In this document: positions 37,180 to 45,462 of the stretch, one piece after another
Position numbering within the stretch: position 1 is the first letter of the stretch
Layout of the letters: each line of letters starts with the position of its first letter
Origin: Thermodesulfobacteriota bacterium
GTDB taxonomy: Bacteria; Desulfobacterota_D; UBA1144; Nemesobacterales; Nemesobacteraceae
Assembly (NCBI GenBank): GCA_965220925.1
Contig: OZ244851.1
Coordinates: 658,854-722,853 of the forward strand
Direction of reading: 5' to 3'
DNA length: 64,000 nt
Position numbers and translations under genes: made by a program
The notes under the pieces: generated by a model
Seen by the model: the letters and a program-made list of their open reading frames with translations, nothing else
Told to the model about the DNA's origin: nothing
The model's database searches: none

Positions 37180-37809
37180 TTAATATTCTTTGTTCACAAG
37201 CAACCCGGAAGCAAGCTGCGAGAAAACCGCTTCCGCAACGCTTCCCGGATCGGTCGAAAAATCATGATGAACCATAACGGCCCCCACCGCTCCATAAAGC
37301 ATAAGCGCTCGAAGTTTGGGATTCTGGTCCACGAAACTTCCCTCGCTTATTCCTTTTTCCATTATTTTTTCGTAAAGCTTAAGACGCTCCCTTCTCCATT
37401 TCTCGGTTAACTCAAAATGTTCCTTCAGCAGGTGAGTCTCATCTCGACTCAAAATTCTCAAAACTTTCCTGTTTTCCATATAGAAAGTGAATATTGTTAT
37501 AAGCAGTTTTTTAAGCTTTACGTGAGCCGAATCCTTATTTTCTACTTCCTTTCTAAGAAGCGCTTCTATGGCTTCGAAGCTTTCTTTAAGAATTGCCAGG
37601 TAGAGTTTTTCCTTTGAAGAAAAATAGTTGTATATAGTTCCTTTGGACACCCCCATCTCTTCGGCTATTTCGTCCATGGTAACATCATGGTAGCCTCTCT
37701 CGCAAAAAAGGTTGGTCGCGGCCTTTATTATTTCGTCGCGTCTTCTTAACCTGTAGGAAGTTCTCACTCCCGCCGCGCGGCTTTCTGAAACATCGCTTGT
37801 CTGAACCAT
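37180..37809 (-). CDS. TetR/AcrR-family transcriptional regulator
   Basis: HTH segment AATNLFCERGYHDVTMDEIAEEMGVSKGTIYNYFSSKEKLY. The start is placed at the ATG at 37809. The ORF track's TTG at 37857 would add 16 aa and run over the operator palindrome. Confidence 0.8.
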   Translation of the reverse strand: MVQTSDVSESRAAGVRTSYRLRRRDEIIKAATNLFCERGYHDVTMDEIAEEMGVSKGTIYNYFSSKEKLYLAILKESFEAIEALLRKEVENKDSAHVKLKKLLITIFTFYMENRKVLRILSRDETHLLKEHFELTEKWRRERLKLYEKIMEKGISEGSFVDQNPKLRALMLYGAVGAVMVHHDFSTDPGSVAEAVFSQLASGLLVNKEY

Positions 37810-37825
37810 TTCACCACCCAACTGA

Positions 37826-37839
37826 ACTGACCAGTCAGT
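37826..37839. promoter_or_regulatory. candidate TetR operator: palindrome ACTGAC-CA-GTCAGT, 17 nt upstream of the TetR start
   Basis: A perfect 6+2+6 palindrome preceded by the direct repeat ACTGAACTGA. Positioned as expected for autoregulation. Confidence 0.45.
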
Positions 37840-38099
37840 CAATTTAACGGTTTCCAAAAAGTTGTCAAGAAAAATTTAACGGGCTGAATATTGCGATACT
37901 TTGGGAAACGGAATTACAAGACGCGGGACGATACCGTCTCCTTCCCCGGAGAGGACGCGACAACGAATAGGACAATAAGGCGGGCGGTTTTTTTTTGGAC
38001 AACCGAACGATAATAGACATATCACCCCGATATTCGGGAAGTCGGGGTAAGTATCCTTATTCCCGACACGCGACTCTCGTCTTGTCGGGGAAATATTTA

Positions 38100-38543
38100 T
38101 TACCGGTGCGGATTTTTTTTGAATTTGGGCGACCGGCGAAATACCTGCGCCAGGGCCTTCCTTTCCTCTTTGTTAAGCTCGGAGGCGATTTCGGCTATAA
38201 CTTCGGCCATTTGTTTTTTATGAAGATGTCTCTGCTCAAGGGTCTTGTTCAAAAGCGTTCGGTATGCCGCGGCGTCGAATTCGTCCGCTTCAAGAATTGC
38301 CACGGCTTCCTCGTGAAATCGCCGTTTCGCCTCTCTCATCTCGGAAGTTGGAAACGTCGCGCGCAGTTTTTCCTTAAGCTCGTAGCGTTTGGATTCAGGC
38401 AGAGACGAACGGTCAAGCAACGTCATAATGTGATGGCCGGGTTTCATTTCGCGGTGCTTGCAACCTCGACCGGCTATAAAACCGAGCAAAACAACACACA
38501 ACACAATCAACACGAATACGAATAATTTAAACGGCCTTCTCAC
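38100..38543 (-). CDS. periplasmic LTXXQ-motif protein (Spy/CpxP/ZraP-like stress protein)
   Basis: Signal/anchor followed by helical repeats with MTLLDRSSL and KTLEQRH (LTXXQ-like). Last gene of the ECF sigma operon. Confidence 0.55.
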   Translation of the reverse strand: MRRPFKLFVFVLIVLCVVLLGFIAGRGCKHREMKPGHHIMTLLDRSSLPESKRYELKEKLRATFPTSEMREAKRRFHEEAVAILEADEFDAAAYRTLLNKTLEQRHLHKKQMAEVIAEIASELNKEERKALAQVFRRSPKFKKNPHR

Positions 38544-38839
38544 AGTAAGCTTTCATCCTCGTTTAGCAACTGCTCGACGAAATTTTCGGCGGTCGAGCGT
38601 GAATTCGCGTCGCTTTGGGTAACTACGCCGGCCAGAAATCCAACCGCGACCAGCAAAAACACGGTAAGGCAAAAAGCCGGAACGGAAAGTTGAACTTCTT
38701 TGAATATCTCGCGGATGTATTCTCCACGCTTTCGCTTGCGCGGAATGCGCGCTGCGGCGTCTATTATTCTCTGGGCCAAGTCGCTTCCGGGAGAAGGTAC
38801 TTCGTATGACCTCATCCATCGCTCAAATTCCCTGTCCAT
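38540..38839 (-). CDS. putative anti-sigma factor (single-pass membrane protein)
   Basis: 99 aa with a cytoplasmic N-terminus and one transmembrane helix (VPAFCLTVFLLVAVGFLAGVV). It sits between the ECF sigma and the periplasmic protein. The overlapping alternative frame 38553-38819 is Arg-rich and judged spurious. Confidence 0.5.
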   Translation of the reverse strand: MDREFERWMRSYEVPSPGSDLAQRIIDAAARIPRKRKRGEYIREIFKEVQLSVPAFCLTVFLLVAVGFLAGVVTQSDANSRSTAENFVEQLLNEDESLL

Positions 38840-38853
38840 AACCTAACTTTTCC

Positions 38854-39402
38854 TCAGAAATACTCGTCTGTTTTACGCTTTAGGGTTGTCTTTGCCCTGG
38901 CTAGAAGAGATCGCAACGCGGAGACGCTCGTGTTCATAACCCGCGCGGCTTCGCCATGGCTTAACTCTTCATAAAAGCACAGGATCAAAGCGGTTTTCTG
39001 ATTCGGCGGCAAGTCTGAAATTTCCCTCTTGAGAAATCTCAGCTTCTCCCTGGAGGCGATTCGACTCTCCGGATCGGGATTTTCGTCCGCCACCTCTAAA
39101 AATTCCGAAACCGAAGCTTCTGTATGTTTTTTCTTTCCGTCAAGACAAAGATTTATCACTATTCTATAAAACCAAGTGGTAAACCTGACGCCCCTTTCGG
39201 GATTCCATAAGTTCGGATTCTCCCAAAGTTTTATAAATGCCGATTGCACTATATCTTCCGCTTCCTCGCGTTTGACCGTGTAGCGATAGGCGAGACGATA
39301 ATACTTCTCGTTGTGCCTTCTCACCAAAGTGGCAAACGCCAAAGAGTCTCCCGCCTTTATTCTCCCCATCAGGCTTTCATCATCCGGTGACTCCGCGACC
39401 AT
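38854..39402 (-). CDS. ECF (extracytoplasmic function) sigma-70 factor
   Basis: Region 2 (YYRLAYRYTVKREEAEDIVQSAFIKLW) and region 4 (LPPNQKTALILCFYEELSHGEAARVMNTSVSALRSLL). The start is set at Met-38 of the listed ORF to avoid overlap with the upstream EF-hand gene. Confidence 0.8.
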   Translation of the reverse strand: MVAESPDDESLMGRIKAGDSLAFATLVRRHNEKYYRLAYRYTVKREEAEDIVQSAFIKLWENPNLWNPERGVRFTTWFYRIVINLCLDGKKKHTEASVSEFLEVADENPDPESRIASREKLRFLKREISDLPPNQKTALILCFYEELSHGEAARVMNTSVSALRSLLARAKTTLKRKTDEYF

Positions 39403-39445
39403 CGCGTCCCTTTTGATCCGCCGTGGCCGCGAAGCACCGCCGGCG

Positions 39446-39763
39446 TTACTGCTTTTTATCTTTCTTGCCGCCGCATTTTCCGGATTTGTCGCGATATTTC
39501 TCTTTTTTCTCAAGACGATAGTTCTTTACTTCTTCTTTGGAAATATCGCCGCTTCCGTCGGCATCCATACTGGAGAATTTCTTCTCCGCATGAGTCAAAA
39601 ATTCGCTTTTTGAGATAACTCCGTCGGAATTTGCGTCTTTTTTGTCAAACATCTTGCAATATCCCTTGGTACAATCTCCGTCTTTATGATGATCGGCAAA
39701 AGCGAAGTTTGCGGCTCCGATTGGTAAAAGCGTCAATATGGCGAATAATAGCGTTATTCTCAT
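39446..39763 (-). CDS. secreted EF-hand calcium-binding protein
   Basis: Signal peptide plus two canonical EF-hand loops (DANSDGVISKSEF; DADGSGDISKEEV) and a Lys-rich tail. Confidence 0.65.
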   Translation of the reverse strand: MRITLLFAILTLLPIGAANFAFADHHKDGDCTKGYCKMFDKKDANSDGVISKSEFLTHAEKKFSSMDADGSGDISKEEVKNYRLEKKEKYRDKSGKCGGKKDKKQ

Positions 39764-39955
39764 TAATATTGTTCCTCCTTGGGATCGAAATAAGGTTTTA
39801 AACTAATTCTACAAGTTTATACGATTAAAAGGCAAAAAGTGTTCGCGGAAAATTATTCGGAAATGCGAATAATATGTTAAACGCGCGACATGGACAAGAT
39901 AATGGAAAGTCTGAAAGCGTCGGATTTTGAAATTTAAAATGATTCAGGCAGTTTA

Positions 39956-41056
39956 ATGAACTTAAAAACCGAAGGGAGCGAAAAATTGCCCAACATACTA
40001 GTAATTCCCGGAGACGGGATAGGAGTCGAAGTAACCGAAGTCAGCGTTTCTCTGCTTAAGACCGTGGGAGAGAGGGAAGGAATTGAATTTACGCTTGAAA
40101 CCGACCTTTTCGGAGGATGCTGCATAGACACGCACGGAGTTCCCGTAACCGAGGAAACCATAGAGAAAGCTAAGCGATGCGACGCGGTGCTGCTGGGCGC
40201 CGTGGGCGGGCCGAAGTGGGAGGATATCGACCACGACCTAAAACCTGAAAGAGGGCTTCTTGAACTGAGAAAACAACTCGACACCTTCGCGAATTTGAGG
40301 CCGGCTATCGTCTACCAGGCTTTAGCCGACGCTTCGACGCTTAAAAGAGAAGTGGTGCAGGGAGTCGACATAATGGTGGTCAGGGAGCTTACAAGCGGAA
40401 TATACTTCGGGAATCCGAGAGGATTCGAGCAACTGGACGAAAAAGAACGAAAGGCGTACAACACCCTAAGTTATTCCACTTCGGAAATAGAAAGAGTGGC
40501 GAAAGTGGCTTTCGAGATCGCAAGAAAAAGAAAGAACAAGGTCTGCTCAATAGACAAATCGAACGTTCTTGAATCCATGGTTCTCTGGAGAGACACGGTT
40601 TCCGCCCTCGGCAAGCGGGAGTTTCCCGACGTGGCTCTCGAACATCTATACGTTGACAACGCGGCCATGCAGCTTATAAGAAGACCCGGTGATTTCGACG
40701 TGATGCTGGCGGGCAACATGTTCGGCGATATAATAAGCGACGAGGCCGCTCAGCTCACCGGATCTCTCGGTATGCTTCCCTCGGCAAGCATAGGTGAAAA
40801 AGGCGCCATATACGAGCCGGTTCACGGAAGCGCTCCCGATATAGCGGGAAAAGGTATCGCCAACCCGATAGCGTCGGTTCTCTCAATGTGCATGATGCTT
40901 CGTTATTCTTTCAATATGGACGAGGCCGCAAGGCGCGTCGAAACCGCGGTAGAAAAAGTTCTGGATAAAGGCTACCGGACCTCCGACATATACGAAGAAG
41001 GGAAAACCAGAGTGAACACGACCGAAATGGGAAGGCTGATACTGGATGAACTCTGA
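39956..41056 (+). CDS. leuB: 3-isopropylmalate dehydrogenase
   Basis: ILVIPGDGIGVEV, NLRPA, and the isocitrate/isopropylmalate dehydrogenase signature NMFGDIISDEAAQLTGSLGMLPSAS. Confidence 0.9.
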   Translation: MNLKTEGSEKLPNILVIPGDGIGVEVTEVSVSLLKTVGEREGIEFTLETDLFGGCCIDTHGVPVTEETIEKAKRCDAVLLGAVGGPKWEDIDHDLKPERGLLELRKQLDTFANLRPAIVYQALADASTLKREVVQGVDIMVVRELTSGIYFGNPRGFEQLDEKERKAYNTLSYSTSEIERVAKVAFEIARKRKNKVCSIDKSNVLESMVLWRDTVSALGKREFPDVALEHLYVDNAAMQLIRRPGDFDVMLAGNMFGDIISDEAAQLTGSLGMLPSASIGEKGAIYEPVHGSAPDIAGKGIANPIASVLSMCMMLRYSFNMDEAARRVETAVEKVLDKGYRTSDIYEEGKTRVNTTEMGRLILDEL

Positions 41057-41081
41057 GAAAAGATGGTTTCGGTCCTAAAGA

Positions 41082-44000
41082 GTGAACGGCAAAAACTTCC
41101 CGCTTGATCTCTCATCGCACATTGAAAATCCCGCCGTAAAGCGGATATTTTCCGAACCCGCGGAAAAACCGACGGATATCGGCGGTCTTTACGGAGGTTC
41201 GATTTATTTTCTCCTGGCGGTAATCTCCGAAATGCCCGGAAAGAGGGTTCTGCACATCTGCGAGCGAAGAGAGCAGTGCGTCGAGGCGGCGCAAAACATT
41301 TCCGCAATAAAGGGGATGGAGGTTCCCGTTTTTTCCTCTAGAGGAATGGAGAAAACCCGCTCCCTTTTCGAAAAGAAAGAAATAAGCGAACCCGAAAGAC
41401 TTCACTCTCTTGCGAAATGGAGGGAGACGGGAATTCTCTGCGCCGACCTGGCTTCCCTAGCCGAAATAACGGCTCCGCCGTCGATACTTGAGTCCGAAAG
41501 TTTCGTTGTGGAGAAAGGAGCGCGCGTAGACAGGGAAGAACTTTCGGAAAGACTGCTTGAAATAGGTTACGGAAAAACGGATTTTACCGAAAAAAGAGCG
41601 GATATGAGCGTTCGCGGCTCCGTAGTGGATCTGTTTTCGCCCGGGTCGGAAAATCCCCTGAGAATAGAACTGTTCAGCGAGCGGATAAACTCGCTTCGGG
41701 AGTTTTCCCGCTCGACGCAGAAATCTATCAGAAAAACGCAGCGGGCGGTGATTCGTCCGGCGTCTTTTGCGATTTACCGCGGTAAAAGCTCCGAAGCTCT
41801 AGTAAAACGCGCTCTTGCCGAAGCCGACCGTAAGGGACTGACCTCAACGGAGGTGGAACCGTTAATCGAGGCGTTCGAAGACCGTGCTTACTTTAGAGGA
41901 ATCGAATGGTTCACGTCGTTTTTCTGGGATTCAAGAAGTTGCCCGATCGATTACTCGGAAGAGGAAACGGTAATCAGTCTTCCTCCCGGATTTGACGAAC
42001 GCGTTCTGCTCTCGAAGCTTAAAGAAAAATTCGAAGCGAGGAAAAAATCCTTAAAAGAACTCCACTCCTCCCTGCCGGCGTTTGAAAAGCTCTACCTGAG
42101 CGAAGAGGAACTTCGCGAGAAACTCCGCGGCGGAAGAATCGTGTATCCAGGGTCGACGCACGTAAGCGCGGGAAGCGGAAACCGCATCGAGTTCAGCACG
42201 GAAGAAGTATCGTTTCCGAAACCGTCGGTTAAAGCTTTTGTGGAAAAAGGGAAGCAGTTAATCGAAGACGGGTACGCGGTTTACGTGTTTTTCAGCTCGG
42301 AATCCGAGAAGGAAAAATTCTTTAAGCTTTCAGAAGACATACTCCCGCAAACCGGTATGAGGCACGCTGTCGGGGAATTTTCCGAAAGTACGATTCTGCA
42401 TGACTTCAAAATTTCTTTTCTAACGGAAAAAGCCCTGTTTGAAAAGACGAAAACTTCAAACTCAAACTATCGCCCGGAGCATATTCCCTCGGCATTTCTT
42501 ACTTCGTTCAGCCAGCTCAAACCCGGCGATCACATAGTTCACAGAGAATTCGGCATAGGAATATTCATGGGACTTAAAAGACTTTCGTTTGAAAACCGCA
42601 AGGGAGATTTTCTCGAGTGCGCTTACAAAGACGGCGACAAGGTATTCGTCCCGGTGGAGAAATCCAGGCTGGTTCAGAAATATTCGGGAGACGGAAAAAC
42701 GCCTCAAATCGAGAAATTGGGGAGCGCGAACTGGAAAAAAACCGTTGGAAGGGTCAAAAAGGCCGTCGAGGAGGTGGCGACCGAACTTGTCGAAATGTAC
42801 GCGGAGAGAAAAGTTGCCGAGGGTTTTGAGTTCTCGCCGCGGGATCAGATGTTCGGCGAATTCGAAATGGCGTTCCCATGGAGTGAAACACGAGATCAGT
42901 CGGCGGCCATAGAGGACGTAATGTCAGACATGGAATCCGCAAAGACTATGGACAGGCTTATCTGCGGAGATGTGGGATTCGGAAAGACCGAGGTAGCCCT
43001 AAGAGCCGCTTTTAAAGCCTGCCTTGACGGAAAACAAGTTTTGCTTCTAGCTCCCACCACCCTTCTCGCGAGTCAGCACTACCGAACCGCGCTTGCGAGG
43101 TTCGCCGACTATCCGATCACCGTCGGAATGCTGTCGAGATTCACAAGCGCAAAAGAGGAAAAGGAAATTCTTCAAAAGCTCAAAGACGGATCTTTAGACG
43201 TCGCTATCGGAACGCATAAACTTCTCGGGAAAAAAGTAAAACTCAAAAATCCCGGCTTAATGATAATAGACGAAGAGCATAAATTCGGAGTGGGACACAA
43301 AAAATCCATAAGAGAGATCAAAAAAGGAATCGACGTGCTTACGCTTTCGGCGACGCCGATTCCGAGGACTCTTCAGCTGTCTTTGGCGGACGTAAGAGAC
43401 ATAAGCGTGATAAACACTCCTCCCGAAGGACGCAAACCGGTTGAAGTTTATATTCAGCAGTTTGACGCCGGAGCGATAAAAGAAGCCGTGAAAAGAGAAA
43501 TCGAAAGAGACGGAAAAGTTTTCTTCATACACAACAAAATTAAAAATATCTTCGAAAAAGCCAAGTTTCTGCAGGAACTTATGCCTGAACTTTCCATAGG
43601 AATAACGCACGGACGCATGAACGAGACGGAACTTTCAAAAACCATGGAACGTTTTACCGACGGAGAGACCGATATGCTCGTAACAACGGCGATCGTGGAA
43701 TCGGGAATCGACATACCTAGAGTCAATACGATAATAGTGAACGACGCGCACGCGATGGGGCTTGCGGATCTTTATCAGCTCAAAGGAAGAGTCGGAAGAT
43801 CGGATAAAAAGGCATACGCTTATTTTCTCGTGCCTTCCGTAAATTCACTCACGGAACAAGCCCGAAAGAAACTTGAAACTCTCTCGCGTCTGACGGATCT
43901 TGGAAGCGGGTTCAAACTCGCCACGGCGGATCTTCAGATAAGAGGAGCGGGAACCCTGTTCGGGAAAAAACAGTCGGGGCACATAGCCGACATAGGACTT

Positions 44001-44450
44001 GAGTTTTATCTGGAGATTCTAAGAGACACGATCGAAAGCAAAAAAAGCGAAGGCGGGAGAGTTTTCGAGTTTCGACCGGAAATAAAAACGCGCGACGATG
44101 TTTTTATACCCGAAAGCTATATTGAAAGCGGGTCCGACAGATTGTTTTACTACAAGAGAATATCTTCGGCCAGACGAATCGAAGAATTGAGAGAAATCGC
44201 CGTGGAAACCGAAGACAGATTTGGAACGATACCCGATTCGATGAAACGACTGATTCTAATCGCGGAACTGAAAATCGCTCTCGCGGAAAAATTAATTAAA
44301 AAAGCCGAGATAGGAGAAAGCTTGGCGACCCTGAGTCTCTCCGACGCGAAAGCTTCCACGCGAGGGAGAAAGCTGAAAATCCCTCTTCCGAAAAAAAACA
44401 GATACGAATTTCTTATCGAAGCGGTTAAAAGAGTGGAAAAAACCGTTTAG
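41082..44450 (+). CDS. mfd: transcription-repair coupling factor
   Basis: 1122 aa. The N-terminal part is UvrB-like. The central part is an SF2 helicase (GDVGFGKTEVALRAAF; IIDEEHKFGV; LTLSATPIPRT). A C-terminal TRCF domain is present. Confidence 0.9.
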   Translation: MNGKNFPLDLSSHIENPAVKRIFSEPAEKPTDIGGLYGGSIYFLLAVISEMPGKRVLHICERREQCVEAAQNISAIKGMEVPVFSSRGMEKTRSLFEKKEISEPERLHSLAKWRETGILCADLASLAEITAPPSILESESFVVEKGARVDREELSERLLEIGYGKTDFTEKRADMSVRGSVVDLFSPGSENPLRIELFSERINSLREFSRSTQKSIRKTQRAVIRPASFAIYRGKSSEALVKRALAEADRKGLTSTEVEPLIEAFEDRAYFRGIEWFTSFFWDSRSCPIDYSEEETVISLPPGFDERVLLSKLKEKFEARKKSLKELHSSLPAFEKLYLSEEELREKLRGGRIVYPGSTHVSAGSGNRIEFSTEEVSFPKPSVKAFVEKGKQLIEDGYAVYVFFSSESEKEKFFKLSEDILPQTGMRHAVGEFSESTILHDFKISFLTEKALFEKTKTSNSNYRPEHIPSAFLTSFSQLKPGDHIVHREFGIGIFMGLKRLSFENRKGDFLECAYKDGDKVFVPVEKSRLVQKYSGDGKTPQIEKLGSANWKKTVGRVKKAVEEVATELVEMYAERKVAEGFEFSPRDQMFGEFEMAFPWSETRDQSAAIEDVMSDMESAKTMDRLICGDVGFGKTEVALRAAFKACLDGKQVLLLAPTTLLASQHYRTALARFADYPITVGMLSRFTSAKEEKEILQKLKDGSLDVAIGTHKLLGKKVKLKNPGLMIIDEEHKFGVGHKKSIREIKKGIDVLTLSATPIPRTLQLSLADVRDISVINTPPEGRKPVEVYIQQFDAGAIKEAVKREIERDGKVFFIHNKIKNIFEKAKFLQELMPELSIGITHGRMNETELSKTMERFTDGETDMLVTTAIVESGIDIPRVNTIIVNDAHAMGLADLYQLKGRVGRSDKKAYAYFLVPSVNSLTEQARKKLETLSRLTDLGSGFKLATADLQIRGAGTLFGKKQSGHIADIGLEFYLEILRDTIESKKSEGGRVFEFRPEIKTRDDVFIPESYIESGSDRLFYYKRISSARRIEELREIAVETEDRFGTIPDSMKRLILIAELKIALAEKLIKKAEIGESLATLSLSDAKASTRGRKLKIPLPKKNRYEFLIEAVKRVEKTV

Positions 44451-44512
44451 AGAAGTATAGTATATGCTTCTCTCGCTATAGCGGGAAAAACTGCATATTA
44501 AGGAGATTTGGC

Positions 44513-45448
44513 GTGAAAAAACTGAAGTGGATTATGCGCTTGACGGTGTTGTTTTCGGTTTTCGCTTCCGTGTCGCTTCAGGCACCACAAGCGGCTCTCG
44601 TGGAAAAAGTAGTCGCCGTGGTAAACGAAAGAATAATAATGCTTAGCGAACTGCACGAGGAAATAGAGAGCGTCACGCTCTCCCCGGAAATTGAAGTGAA
44701 AGCAAAAGAAGTGCTTAACGCGATGATCGACCGTACGCTGCTTGAGCAGGAAGCGGCCAAGAGGAAGATTTCGGTAAGCGACGAAGAAGTCAAAGCTATA
44801 GTGAAGAACCAGTGGAAATCTCTCAATCTGGATGAAAAAAATCTCGCGCAAGAACTTAAAAAACAGAACTTGACCGAAGAGCTTTTCTATCGCCAGTGGA
44901 AACACCAGATACTTTCAAGAAGACTTCTGGATTACGTTACCAAGGGGAGTATAGCGGTAACGGACCAGGAAATAGAAGATTATCATAAAGAACATTACGG
45001 AAACGAAGAAGCCGGCTCCGGAAAGCGCATGAAAATCTCCCACATACTCATCACCGACGAAGCGGAAGACGCTCTTTTAAAAGCGACCGAAATCGCGGAG
45101 CTCGCCAAATCGGGAGAGCCTTTTTCCGAACTCGCGAAAGAACACTCCATGGATCCTCTGTCGGCGAAAAACGGCGGACTGCTTGGATATTTTTCCGAAG
45201 GAGACCTGGTGGTCGAGATTGAAGAAGCCGTGCTAAATACGGAAGTAGACGACATCGCGGGTCCGGTTAAAACCGCAAGCGGCTATCATGTAATTAAAGT
45301 GCTTGAGAAAACCGAAGAAGAAAGCCGATCGGTTTCCCGTTACAAAGACCGAATAAAACGTGAAATTTACGCGTCGAAAGTGGAAAAATTCATAAACTCC
45401 TGGCTGACGGAAGTTAAGAAAAGCTCCTACATAGAAGTAAAGATCTGA
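44513..45448 (+). CDS. SurA/PrsA-like periplasmic peptidyl-prolyl isomerase (parvulin type)
   Basis: Signal peptide, then a SurA-N-like chaperone region, then a parvulin domain (KISHILI...NGGLLGYFSEGDLVVEIEEAV...GYHVIKV). Confidence 0.8.
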   Translation: MKKLKWIMRLTVLFSVFASVSLQAPQAALVEKVVAVVNERIIMLSELHEEIESVTLSPEIEVKAKEVLNAMIDRTLLEQEAAKRKISVSDEEVKAIVKNQWKSLNLDEKNLAQELKKQNLTEELFYRQWKHQILSRRLLDYVTKGSIAVTDQEIEDYHKEHYGNEEAGSGKRMKISHILITDEAEDALLKATEIAELAKSGEPFSELAKEHSMDPLSAKNGGLLGYFSEGDLVVEIEEAVLNTEVDDIAGPVKTASGYHVIKVLEKTEEESRSVSRYKDRIKREIYASKVEKFINSWLTEVKKSSYIEVKI

Positions 45449-45462
45449 TTTCCCTCAGGCGT

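Noticed and set aside
37975-38099. Two tandem hairpins (CCCCGA...TCGGGG and CCCGACA...TGTCGGG) downstream of the Spy-like gene as a terminator
   Set aside because: Neither stem is followed by a U-tract on either strand, so intrinsic-terminator function is doubtful. They are left unannotated.
38553-38819. 88-aa alternative-frame ORF overlapping the putative anti-sigma gene
   Set aside because: It is Arg-rich (RRR, RKRR runs) with no transmembrane segment. The other frame has the single-transmembrane architecture expected between an ECF sigma and its periplasmic partner.
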